Assembly (NCBI GenBank): GCA_026225455.1 | Contig: JAMFSV010000090.1 | Span: forward strand, 1 to 57,950 | Source: Burkholderiales bacterium | Lineage (GTDB): Bacteria; Pseudomonadota; Gammaproteobacteria; Burkholderiales; Burkholderiaceae | Reading direction: 5' to 3' | Length of the DNA stretch: 57,950 nucleotides | In this document: positions 19,197 to 28,709 of the stretch, piece after piece | How the letters are laid out: each line of letters begins with the position of its first letter | How positions within the stretch are numbered: position 1 is the stretch's first letter | Made by a program: the position numbers and the translations under genes | Notes under the pieces: model-generated | The model's input: only the letters and a program-made list of their open reading frames with translations | Told to the model about the DNA's origin: nothing | Database searches by the model: none

Positions 19197-19919
19197 ATGT
19201 CAGTGATCAGCAACGCTACCACCAATAATCTGGTTTCCAATTCGTCGTCGTCAAGCTCGGCGGGTGCTGCCAGTTCGAGTTCGAGTTCCACTACCTCGTC
19301 GGCCGCTTCCAGTTTGCAGAGCACTTTCCTGCAATTGCTGGTGACCCAGTTGCAGAATCAGGATCCGACGAGCCCGATGGACAGCTCGCAAATGACCTCG
19401 CAACTGGCCCAGATCAATACCGTGTCGGGCATCAGCCAGCTCAATACCACGCTGCAATCGGTGCAGACGCAATTGACCGCGACCCAGCAACTGCAAGCCA
19501 GCTCGCTGATCGGCAAAGACGTACTCGCCCCCGGCACCACCTTTGCGGTCAGCAGCGGGACGGCGGCGGGCTTCGGCGTAGAGGTCGGCAGCGCGGCGAC
19601 GGACGTTACCGTGACCATCAAAAACAGTGCCGGCACCACGGTCCAGACTTTGGACCTGGGCGCGCAGTCGGCCGGCGCGGTTCCGATTTCCTGGAATGGC
19701 GAAACTTCGGCGGGCACTCAAGCGCCGGACGGCACCTACACCATCAGCGCCACCGCCACCGGAGCGCCGGCGACAGCGGGCGCGGTTCCGACCACGGTCA
19801 CCGCGACCCCGCTGACGATCAGCACGGTAGAAGGCGTGGTACAGCAATCCAGTGGTGTAGGGGTCGCTCTGAGCACCGGCAGCACGGTGGCTCTGAGCAC
19901 CATCGCCGACATTTTTTAA
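19197..19919 (+). CDS. flgD: Hook-capping protein FlgD
   Basis: FLQLLVTQLQNQDPTSPMD, QLAQ, ASSLIGK, WNG...G..APDGTYT. Confidence 0.96.
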   Translation: MSVISNATTNNLVSNSSSSSSAGAASSSSSSTTSSAASSLQSTFLQLLVTQLQNQDPTSPMDSSQMTSQLAQINTVSGISQLNTTLQSVQTQLTATQQLQASSLIGKDVLAPGTTFAVSSGTAAGFGVEVGSAATDVTVTIKNSAGTTVQTLDLGAQSAGAVPISWNGETSAGTQAPDGTYTISATATGAPATAGAVPTTVTATPLTISTVEGVVQQSSGVGVALSTGSTVALSTIADIF

Positions 19920-19952
19920 TCGATAACGACATTTACAGCGGCGGAGATTGTC

Positions 19953-21602
19953 ATGGGCTATGAACAGGGATTAAGCGGATTAAGCACCGCTTCGACGCAA
20001 TTGGACGTTATCGGTAACAACATTGCGAATGCCAGCACGGTGGGTTTCAAGGAGGGTAGCGCGGAGTTTGCCAGCGTCTATTCGAGTACCTTGGCGCAAA
20101 GTTCCAGCCAGCAAGTCGGGATCGGTTCCCAGGTGTCGACGGTGGCCAACGATTTTTCGCAAGGCGATATCACCACCACCGACAATTCGCTGAATGTGGC
20201 GATTAACGGCGGCGGGTTTTTCCAGCTATCGAATGGCGGCACCACGGAATATACGCGTAACGGCCAATTCTCGGTCAATGCCAACGGTTTTGTGGTGAAT
20301 GCGTCGGGCGCCAATCTGCAAGGTTACCCGCTCAGCTCGACCGGAGCCGTCACCTCGACCACGCCGCAGTCGCTGCAAATTCCGACCACCAATATCCCGC
20401 CGAAAGAGACCACTTCCGTGGCGCTGCAATTCAATCTGGATTCGCAGGACACGGTCCCGACCGTTTCGACTTTCAGCCCGACCAATCCGAACAGTTACAC
20501 CAGTGAATCGGGCACCACGGTTTACGATACGCTGGGCAATCCGATTCAGTTGGAAACCTTCTTTGTGAAGAGCCCGACCGCGGGTGTATGGGACGTGTAT
20601 CAGACGGCGAACGGCACGCTGCTGCCATCGCAGGGTGCGTTGGCGGCCACCGCCGGGACCTCCAGCAGTTATACGGGCTCATCGTTTACTGCCAACACGT
20701 CGCTGGCCGCCGTCGGCGGTACCAGTGCCAATACCTTGTTGGTCAATGGTGTACCCCTCACGATTGCTCCAACCGCGCCCGCAACCTCGATTGCCGAAAC
20801 CGACGTTGTCGCCGCGATCAACGCCGCCAATACCGCAGGCTCTTTTACGCCGCCCGTTACTGCCGCCATTGTCGGGGGGAACATCGTCCTGACTCAGGGC
20901 ATCGAGGCCAATCCGACCAGCACCACGCCGATTACGGTCACGGGCACCGAAGCCAGCGCATTTTTCGGCTCCGGCCCAACCTCGCTCACCGGCTCGTCGT
21001 CGGTGGCGGCGGGTACCGCCGCGCCGGCAGGGTTTCTCGGCACGCTCTCATTTAACACCTCCGGTGCGCTCACCGCCTTCACCAACCCCGACGGTGTGGT
21101 TGGCGCCAACCCAGGTGCGCTCCAGGTATCCATCCCGGCCGGCGTCGGCGGCTCAGCCACGCCCGAGTCGATCAATTTGAACCTGACGGGCACCACCCAG
21201 TTCGGTATTGCCTTCAACCCGAATAACCAGACGCAAGACGGTTATACCTCGGGCGCGCTGAGCGGTTATAGCATCAGCGCTTCGGGGGTGATCCAGGGCG
21301 AATATACCAACGGGCAGTCGCAACCGCTGGCGCAGATTATCTTGACCACCTTCAACAATCCCAATGGACTGACGTCGGTGGGCAACAACGCTTACGAGCA
21401 AACCTCGGCCTCCGGACAGCCGATCGTCGGCACGCCGGGCGGCACCAACCTGGGCAACCTGACGCCGGGTGCGGTGGAGGCGTCGAACGTGAATTTGACC
21501 TCGCAATTGGTTGACCTGATCACGGCTCAGCGTGATTACCAGGCCAATGCGCAGACCATCAAGACGCAGCAGACGGTCGACCAGGCGCTGTTCAACCTGT
21601 AA
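19953..21602 (+). CDS. flgE: Hook protein FlgE (549 aa, extra domain)
   Basis: LDVIGNNIANASTVGFK, YTRNGQF, VYDTLG, QDGY..G.L, EASNVNLT..LVDLITAQRDYQAN. Confidence 0.97.
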   Translation: MGYEQGLSGLSTASTQLDVIGNNIANASTVGFKEGSAEFASVYSSTLAQSSSQQVGIGSQVSTVANDFSQGDITTTDNSLNVAINGGGFFQLSNGGTTEYTRNGQFSVNANGFVVNASGANLQGYPLSSTGAVTSTTPQSLQIPTTNIPPKETTSVALQFNLDSQDTVPTVSTFSPTNPNSYTSESGTTVYDTLGNPIQLETFFVKSPTAGVWDVYQTANGTLLPSQGALAATAGTSSSYTGSSFTANTSLAAVGGTSANTLLVNGVPLTIAPTAPATSIAETDVVAAINAANTAGSFTPPVTAAIVGGNIVLTQGIEANPTSTTPITVTGTEASAFFGSGPTSLTGSSSVAAGTAAPAGFLGTLSFNTSGALTAFTNPDGVVGANPGALQVSIPAGVGGSATPESINLNLTGTTQFGIAFNPNNQTQDGYTSGALSGYSISASGVIQGEYTNGQSQPLAQIILTTFNNPNGLTSVGNNAYEQTSASGQPIVGTPGGTNLGNLTPGAVEASNVNLTSQLVDLITAQRDYQANAQTIKTQQTVDQALFNL

Positions 21603-21607
21603 GCGTC

Positions 21608-21643
21608 GAGCGGGTAAATGAACGGGTAAATGAGCGGGTAATT
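21608..21643. repeat. 3 x 12-bp direct repeat between flgE and flgF
   Basis: gagcgggtaaat / gaacgggtaaat / gagcgggtaatt. Confidence 0.85.
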
Positions 21644-21672
21644 TAGTCAATCAGCCAAAAGACAGAGCGCAT

Positions 21673-22437
21673 ATGGATCGAATGCTGTACGTCGCGATGA
21701 CGGGCGCCTCGCAAGCGTTGGAGCAACAGGGGCAGATCGCCAATAATCTGGCGAACGCGTCGACCACCGGCTTTCGCGCGCAACTCAGCGCGTTTCGGGC
21801 TGCGCCGTTGCGCACCCCGGACCAGCTCGCCGATGGCGACACCAAGGTGACCCGAACCTATGTGGTCGATTCGACCCCGGGTTCGGATTTCCAGCCTGGG
21901 GCGATTCAGCAAACCGGCAATCCGCTGGACGTTTCGCTCACGGGGCCGGGTTGGCTTACGGTGCAAACACCCGACGGCAACGAGGCTTATACCCGCGCCG
22001 GCAATATGTCGATCAATGCGGACGGCCAGTTGGTCAGCGCCAGCGGTTTGCCGGTGGTGGGTACCCAGGGGCCGATCGCGGTGCCGCAAGGCGCCGATGT
22101 CACGATCTCGAACGACGGCACGATTTCGGCGCTGACGCCGGGCGATCCGCCCAACACCGTCGCCACCATCGATCAGCTGAAACTGGTGAACCCGGACCCT
22201 AAAACCCTGGTGCGCGGCGACGACGGACTGTTTCGTCAAGCCAGTGGCCAACCGGCCGACGCCGACCCGACGGTGCTGGTGGCGCCCGGAACGGTAGAGG
22301 GCAGCAATGTGAATCCGGTCAACGAGATGGTGGCGATGATTGCCAATTCACGGCAATTCGATATGCAGATGAAATTGCTGCAAACCGCCGATAACGACGA
22401 TCAGACCGCTAACGCGATCCTGACATTTACTTCGTGA
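21673..22437 (+). CDS. flgF: Rod protein FlgF
   Basis: MDRMLYVAMTGA, ANNLANASTTGFR, EAYTRAG, EGSNVNPV. Confidence 0.96.
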   Translation: MDRMLYVAMTGASQALEQQGQIANNLANASTTGFRAQLSAFRAAPLRTPDQLADGDTKVTRTYVVDSTPGSDFQPGAIQQTGNPLDVSLTGPGWLTVQTPDGNEAYTRAGNMSINADGQLVSASGLPVVGTQGPIAVPQGADVTISNDGTISALTPGDPPNTVATIDQLKLVNPDPKTLVRGDDGLFRQASGQPADADPTVLVAPGTVEGSNVNPVNEMVAMIANSRQFDMQMKLLQTADNDDQTANAILTFTS

Positions 22438-22501
22438 TGCTTAAATTTTATGTGCGGCGCTTAGCAATTTTGCGGGCGTCAACCAGCCGGGAGCTTCAAG
22501 C

Positions 22502-23290
22502 ATGAACCGTTCTCTCTATATCGCGGCCACCGGCATGAATGCCGAACAGGCGCAGATGGATGTGATTTCGAACAACCTGGCCAACGTCAGCACCAACGGT
22601 TTTAAAGGCTCGCGCGCGGTATTCCAGGATTTGCTGTATCAGACCGTACGCCAGCCCGGCGCGCCGACCACCGAGCAAACCGATTTGCCTTCCGGCCTGC
22701 AATTGGGTACCGGTGTGCAACAGGTTGCGACCGAGCGTTTGTACACGCAGGGCAGCTTGCAACAAACCGGCAATTCGACCGACGTGGCGATTGAAGGCAA
22801 TGGGTTTTTCCAGGTGCAAATGCCGGACGGCACCACCGCTTATACCCGCGACGGTTCGTTCCAGACCAATCAAAACGGCCAGATCGTGACCGCCACCGGT
22901 TTTCCGGTGCTGCCCGCGATCACCGTGCCGTCCAACGCGACCTCGCTGACCATCGGCCAGGATGGTACGGTATCCGTGACTCAGCCCGGCAACGTTAACT
23001 CGATTCAGATCGGCACCATGCAGTTGGCGAGTTTTGTGAACCCGACCGGGCTGGAGGCGCTGGGCAACAACTTGCTGTCTGAAACCACTTCGTCGGGGGC
23101 GCCGACGGTGGCGCAGCCGGGCACCAATGGCGTCGGCAACGTCAACCAGGGTTATGTCGAGACCTCCAACGTGAACGTGGTACAGGAACTGGTGAATATG
23201 ATCCAGACCCAGCGCTCCTACGAATTGAACAGCAAGGCCGTGCAAACATCCGACCAGATGTTGCAGACGCTGAGCCAGTTGACTATCTAA
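22502..23290 (+). CDS. flgG: Distal rod protein FlgG
   Basis: [53 protein letters not shown]. Confidence 0.98.
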   Translation: MNRSLYIAATGMNAEQAQMDVISNNLANVSTNGFKGSRAVFQDLLYQTVRQPGAPTTEQTDLPSGLQLGTGVQQVATERLYTQGSLQQTGNSTDVAIEGNGFFQVQMPDGTTAYTRDGSFQTNQNGQIVTATGFPVLPAITVPSNATSLTIGQDGTVSVTQPGNVNSIQIGTMQLASFVNPTGLEALGNNLLSETTSSGAPTVAQPGTNGVGNVNQGYVETSNVNVVQELVNMIQTQRSYELNSKAVQTSDQMLQTLSQLTI

Positions 23291-23300
23291 AAGGTTTAGT

Positions 23301-24005
23301 ATGCCGGGCCAGTATTTCGCGGTTTTTTTCGGCCGTCAGCGCATGGGTGTGGTGGCGGCGTGTTTGGCGCTGGCGGTGTTGGGCGGTTGTTCGGAGGCGC
23401 CCCAGAAACCGCTGGTGCAGCAGCCGATGACAGCCAAGCCGCCGGCTCGGACTTTGCCGTCGCAGACCAATGGCTCGATTTACAACCCGGGTTATTCCGA
23501 TCACCCTTTGTTCGAGGACTCGCGCCCACGTAACGTCGGCGACATTCTGACCATCGTGATCAGCGAAAACATCACCGCGACCAAAACCTCGGGCGCCAAC
23601 ACCACGCGCAAGACCAGCGCGGACTTTACCCCGACCACGGTGCCGGGTTTGTTGAAGGGTTTGTTCGGCTCCGCCGGCACGGTTATGTCAGGCGACAACA
23701 ACTTTGCGGCGACGGGAGGGGCCAATGCCTCGAATCAATTTACCGGTACGCTCACGGTTACCGTCACCAACGTGCTGGGTAACGGTAACCTTGAAGTCAG
23801 CGGGGAAAAGCAGATGTTGATCAACCAGGGCAACGAGTACATCCGCTTTTCCGGGGTGGTCAATCCGACCAGTATTTCGGGTTCGACGGTTGCGTCCACC
23901 AGCGTGGCGGATGCAAAGATCGAATATAGCGCCAAGGGCATGATTAACGACGGCGAGCAAATGGGCTGGTTGCAGCGTATTTTCCAAAGTGTGGCGCCTT
24001 TCTGA
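23301..24005 (+). CDS. flgH: L-ring lipoprotein FlgH
   Basis: Lipobox [39 protein letters not shown]. Confidence 0.96.
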   Translation: MPGQYFAVFFGRQRMGVVAACLALAVLGGCSEAPQKPLVQQPMTAKPPARTLPSQTNGSIYNPGYSDHPLFEDSRPRNVGDILTIVISENITATKTSGANTTRKTSADFTPTTVPGLLKGLFGSAGTVMSGDNNFAATGGANASNQFTGTLTVTVTNVLGNGNLEVSGEKQMLINQGNEYIRFSGVVNPTSISGSTVASTSVADAKIEYSAKGMINDGEQMGWLQRIFQSVAPF

Positions 24006-25159
24006 TGAGCACCTCGATCATTTCGCGTATGTCTTGCTCGCTGAAACGGCTTTGCGGTTTGGCCGGCTTGATGCTGTGCGGCGGCGCGTTATTGGGGTTG
24101 ACCGGTGGCGTGGCGCAGGCCGAGCGGATCAAGGATCTGGCGGCGATCCAGGGCGTGCGTGACAACCCCTTGATCGGTTACGGTCTGGTGGTCGGGCTGG
24201 ATGGTACCGGCGACCAGACCACACAAACCCCGTTCACGCTGCAGAGTTTGAACAATATGCTGGCCCAGCTCGGGATCACCATCCCGGCCGGCAGCAACGC
24301 GCAGCTCAAAAACGTGGCCGCGGTGATGGTGACGGCCGACCTGCCGCCGTTTACCCGGCCGGGCCAGGCGATCGACGTTACGGTGTCGTCGCTGGGGACC
24401 TCCAAAAGCCTGCGCGGCGGCACTTTATTGTTGACCCCGATGAAGGGCGCCGACGGCCAGGTCTATGCCATCGCCCAGGGAAATTTGCTGATTGCGGGGG
24501 CGGGGGCGAGCGCGGGCGGCAGCAAGGTCCAGGTCAATCAACTGAATGCCGGGCGGATTTCGGGCGGCGCGATTGTGGAGCGTGCGGTGCCGAGTTCCAT
24601 CAGCCAATCCGGGGTGATGCAGGTTGAACTCAACGATATGGATTTCGAAACGGCCGAGCGCGTGGTGACCGCATTAAACACCAATTTTGGCGAAGGTACC
24701 GCGACCGCGCTGGACGGCAGGACTATCGCCGTGCGCGCACCGAGCGACCCCGCGGAGCAAGTCGGGTTTTTGGCCCGCATCGAAAATATCGACGTCCGTC
24801 CGGCGCAGGCAGCGGCCAGGGTAATCGTCAATGCGCGCACCGGTTCGATTGTGATGAATCAGAACGTCGCGTTGCAAAATTGCGCGGTGGCGCACGGCAA
24901 TTTGTCGGTGGTGATCAATTCCTCGCCGCAAGTCAGTCAGCCGGGCGCGTTGTCGAACGGCACCACGGCGGTGACCCAGACCACCGATATCAGCGTACGC
25001 CAGGAAAACGGCAGTCTCAAGACGCTGCCGGCGGCGGCCAATTTGTCCGATGTGGTGAAAGCGTTGAATGCACTCGGTGCTACGCCTGCCGACCTGATTG
25101 CGATTTTACAGGCGATTAAAGCCGCAGGTGCTCTGCGTGCCGATTTACAAATTATCTAA
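24005..25159 (+). CDS. flgI: P-ring protein FlgI
   Basis: Signal peptide [38 protein letters not shown]. Confidence 0.97.
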   Translation: MSTSIISRMSCSLKRLCGLAGLMLCGGALLGLTGGVAQAERIKDLAAIQGVRDNPLIGYGLVVGLDGTGDQTTQTPFTLQSLNNMLAQLGITIPAGSNAQLKNVAAVMVTADLPPFTRPGQAIDVTVSSLGTSKSLRGGTLLLTPMKGADGQVYAIAQGNLLIAGAGASAGGSKVQVNQLNAGRISGGAIVERAVPSSISQSGVMQVELNDMDFETAERVVTALNTNFGEGTATALDGRTIAVRAPSDPAEQVGFLARIENIDVRPAQAAARVIVNARTGSIVMNQNVALQNCAVAHGNLSVVINSSPQVSQPGALSNGTTAVTQTTDISVRQENGSLKTLPAAANLSDVVKALNALGATPADLIAILQAIKAAGALRADLQII

Positions 25160-25170
25160 AGGCGGTTGCC

Positions 25171-26127
25171 ATGAGCGATAACGTTACTAACAGTACTGCA
25201 AGCACTGCCGGCGACGACATCAGTCAGCGATTTGCGCTCGACATGCAGGGTTTTGCGGCCCTGCGCCAGACGGTAAAAAATTCCCCCGAGCAGGGCGCCA
25301 GGATTGCGGCCAAACAATTCGATGTGACCTTCACCCAGATGATGCTGAAAAGCATGCGTGATGCGACGCCGTCGGATGGCATCATGGATTCGGACCAGAC
25401 CAAAAGTTTCACCGATATGCTGGATCAGCAATTGTCGCAACAGTTGTCGTCCAAAGGCATAGGCCTGGCCGACAAAATGTATGCGCAATTGATGCGCGCC
25501 CAGGGCGATACCGGCACGGCTGGCGACGGCACCTCGACCGATAGCACCAATGCGCTCAAGGCTTATACTTCGGCGACCTCGGCCACCAACGGTGCGCTCG
25601 CGGGCACCAAAGGATTTTCGAGCACCGATGGCGAAGCCGAGCAAGCTCAGATGCTGCATAGCACCAGCAGTTCGGTGAATGCCGCCGACTTCGTCAATAA
25701 ATTGGCGGCGTCGGCCCAGGCAGCCAGCTCGACCACCGGGATTCCCGCGCGTTATATCCTGAGCCAGGCCGCATTGGAGTCAGGTTGGGGCAAAAAGGAA
25801 ATCAAGCACTCGGATGGCTCGACCACCCACAATATTTTCGGTATCAAGGCGGGTAAGGACTGGAGCGGGGCGACGGTATTGAGTAAAACCACCGAGTACG
25901 TCAATGGCATTGCCCATCAGGTGGTACAAAAATTCCGTGCATATGCGTCGTATGACGAAGCCGTCGGTGACTATGCCTCCCTGCTCAAGAACAATCCGCG
26001 ATTTGCCGCGGTGGTCCAGGCGGCGCGCGACCCCGCCAGCTTCGCCCACGGTTTGCAAAATGCCGGTTATGCGACGGATCCGCTGTACGCCAAAAAACTG
26101 TTGAGTATCATGAAGCAGATGGTTTGA
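25171..26127 (+). CDS. flgJ: Rod-cap muramidase FlgJ
   Basis: QMMLKSMRDA rod-binding domain plus GH73 AALESGWG, NIFGIKA, GYATDP.YA. Confidence 0.96.
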   Translation: MSDNVTNSTASTAGDDISQRFALDMQGFAALRQTVKNSPEQGARIAAKQFDVTFTQMMLKSMRDATPSDGIMDSDQTKSFTDMLDQQLSQQLSSKGIGLADKMYAQLMRAQGDTGTAGDGTSTDSTNALKAYTSATSATNGALAGTKGFSSTDGEAEQAQMLHSTSSSVNAADFVNKLAASAQAASSTTGIPARYILSQAALESGWGKKEIKHSDGSTTHNIFGIKAGKDWSGATVLSKTTEYVNGIAHQVVQKFRAYASYDEAVGDYASLLKNNPRFAAVVQAARDPASFAHGLQNAGYATDPLYAKKLLSIMKQMV

Positions 26128-26305
26128 GGCGGTTGCTCGCCGTCGTCGATTTTCTGTTTCAGCGCGCGGTCTCAATCTGCGCGTAGCGCTTTATCCATCG
26201 GGCCCTATTTGCTTTTTTCGCTCGATTTGGTCATCTCCCGTTTTGCGCGCAGAATGGGAGTATTCCGGCTCTTTGGCGCGGAAGCCCATGGCTTGGCCCC
26301 ACCAT

Positions 26306-26332
26306 TAAAGTTTTACGCTGAGTTGCCGTTAT
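26306..26332 (+). promoter_or_regulatory. Sigma-28 promoter of flgKL
   Basis: TAAAGTTT-N11-GCCGTTAT, 60 bp upstream of flgK. Confidence 0.85.
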
Positions 26333-26391
26333 ACCGGTTACGACAGAGCGACCTCCGGACCTATGACAGCTCCCGGCATACAGGATGAAGT

Positions 26392-28698
26392 ATGGCAAAT
26401 AGCATCTTTCAGATCGGTGTCAGCGGACTCAACGCTGCTCAATATGGGCTGACCACGACCGGCGAAAACATCGCCAATGCGTCCACCACCGGCTACGACA
26501 CGGAATCGGTGCAGACCGAGGAAGCGGCTGGGCAATATACCGGCAGCGGGTTCCTCGGCAACGGTGTCGATGTGACCACGGTAACCCGCGCTTATAGCCA
26601 ATATCTGACGACCCAGCTTAATTCGGCGGTGTCGCAAAACAGTGCTTTGACCGCGGCGGGTACCCAACTGACCCAGGTGAATAACGTCCTGGGCAGCCCG
26701 ACTGCCGGCTTGACCACGGCTATCGACAATTTTTTCTCCAGCCTGCAATCGGTATCGACCAACCCGTCCAGCACGTCGACCCGTTCCGCTTTCCTCGGTA
26801 CCGCCCAGACGCTGGCGACCCAGGTCAATAACGTGGCGACGCAATTTGCGACGATCAATACCAACGTCAACACACAAATTGCCAGCAATGTCGCGTCGAT
26901 CAATACTTACGCGGCCCAGATTTCCTCGCTGAATAATCAGATCGAGGCGGCGTCGGCGGGTAGCGGCGGGACTCAACCGCCGAACAACTTGCTCGACCAG
27001 CGCGATCAGGCAATCGCCAATTTGAGCCAGTTGGTCGGCACCACCGTGGTTCCGGTCTCGGGTGGCGGGGACAACGTGTTTATCGGCAACGGCCAATCGC
27101 TGGTGCTGGGCGCGCAAAGTTATACGCTGGAAGCCGTGCCTTCGCCGAGCGACCCATCGCAAACCGTGGTGGCTTATTCCGGTTTGGGCAGCAGCGCCAG
27201 CGCCACGCCCGAATACCTGAACCAAAGCACCTTGACCGGCGGCTCGCTGGGCGGCCTGCTGAGTTTCCGCTCAACCACGCTGGTTCCGGCGCTGTCGGCG
27301 CTGAATACGATTGCCTCGTCGATTGCCGGGGCGGTCAATACGCAAAATGAATTGGGTTTGAGTTTGAGCGGAGCGCAAGGCACGGCCTTATTTTCCACTC
27401 AGTTGCCCACCGTCATCTCGAATTCCGCCAACACCGGTAACGGTGTGGTTTCGGTGTCGATTGAAAACCCGGAAAGCCCGCCGGCGGACAATTACACGTT
27501 GGCGTACAACGGCTCGCAATACACGGTGACCGATCAAACTACCGGCGCCACCTCCAGCTTCGCCCCGACGGCGACCTTTCCGGTGACCGCATTTGGTTTA
27601 AGCATCAACATCAGCGGTACGCCGCAGGCCGGCGACAGTTTCAACATCGAACCGACCGCGGGTGCCGCGTCGTCATTGACGCTGACCACCACCAATCCAT
27701 CCAGCGTGGCTGCCGCCTCGCCGATCCTGGCGGCGGCTGCCACCAATAATCTCGGTACCGGGGTGATTACCCAGGGTACTGTGAGTGCCAGTTATTTTGA
27801 CCAGGTGCTGACCACGGCCTTGTCGACGAATACCGGCAACGCGACGATTTCGCCGCCGACGGTGGCCGCCTCTTACGCGGCGCAGCCGCTGACTTCGCCC
27901 GTAACGCTCACTTATACCGCGGGCGGCACCCTCACCGGGATTCCGGCCGGGACCAATGTGACCGTGACGGCCAACGGCACCACTACCACCTATAACACCA
28001 CCACCACGCCGGGGATTCCTCTGCCGGCCGGGGGGGCGCAGATCAGTTTCAACGGCATCACGACCAACATTACCGGGACGCCTGCGACCGGCGATCAGTT
28101 TGTGGTGGCGCCCAATGCTCCGCTGGCATCGGCTGCAACCTTGACGTTCAACTCCAGCACCAATACCTTCAGCGGATTTCCGCCGAACGATGTGGTGACG
28201 GCCAGCGTGACGGGTGCCAATGGGCAGGTCACTACCACGACTTATGCGCCGCCTACCACGGCGATCCCGTATAACGGCGCCAGCGGCGTTTCCACCACCT
28301 ACACCTTCGGCGGGGCGTCCGTCAGCTTGAGCGGTCCGCCGTCGAATAACGACACCTTTACCGTGACGCCCAATAACGGCACCTCGGATGGCCGCAATGC
28401 CCTGGCCCTGGCCAACTTGTCCACCGACAAATTGCTGGCGGGCGGCACGCAAAGTATTACCGGCGCCTACGGCGTGCTGGTCAGCGAGGTTGGCTCGCAG
28501 GCGCAGAACAACACGGTGTCCACTACCTCTTCGACAGCGCTCGTCACGCAATTCACCACCCAGCAACAATCGGTGTCCGGGGTGAATTTGGACGAAGAGG
28601 CCGCGAATCTGCTGCAATTCCAGCAGATTTATCAGGCTAACAGCAAGGTCATTTCAGTTGCCTCGTCGCTGTTCCAAACGATTCTGGCAATTCAGTAG
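26392..28698 (+). CDS. flgK: Hook-filament junction protein FlgK (768 aa)
   Basis: SGLNAAQ, NIANA, NNLLDQRD, GGSLGGLL, SGVNLDEEAANLLQFQQ.YQANSKVI. Confidence 0.96.
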   Translation: MANSIFQIGVSGLNAAQYGLTTTGENIANASTTGYDTESVQTEEAAGQYTGSGFLGNGVDVTTVTRAYSQYLTTQLNSAVSQNSALTAAGTQLTQVNNVLGSPTAGLTTAIDNFFSSLQSVSTNPSSTSTRSAFLGTAQTLATQVNNVATQFATINTNVNTQIASNVASINTYAAQISSLNNQIEAASAGSGGTQPPNNLLDQRDQAIANLSQLVGTTVVPVSGGGDNVFIGNGQSLVLGAQSYTLEAVPSPSDPSQTVVAYSGLGSSASATPEYLNQSTLTGGSLGGLLSFRSTTLVPALSALNTIASSIAGAVNTQNELGLSLSGAQGTALFSTQLPTVISNSANTGNGVVSVSIENPESPPADNYTLAYNGSQYTVTDQTTGATSSFAPTATFPVTAFGLSINISGTPQAGDSFNIEPTAGAASSLTLTTTNPSSVAAASPILAAAATNNLGTGVITQGTVSASYFDQVLTTALSTNTGNATISPPTVAASYAAQPLTSPVTLTYTAGGTLTGIPAGTNVTVTANGTTTTYNTTTTPGIPLPAGGAQISFNGITTNITGTPATGDQFVVAPNAPLASAATLTFNSSTNTFSGFPPNDVVTASVTGANGQVTTTTYAPPTTAIPYNGASGVSTTYTFGGASVSLSGPPSNNDTFTVTPNNGTSDGRNALALANLSTDKLLAGGTQSITGAYGVLVSEVGSQAQNNTVSTTSSTALVTQFTTQQQSVSGVNLDEEAANLLQFQQIYQANSKVISVASSLFQTILAIQ

Positions 28699-28709
28699 GC
28701 GGGGGAATT

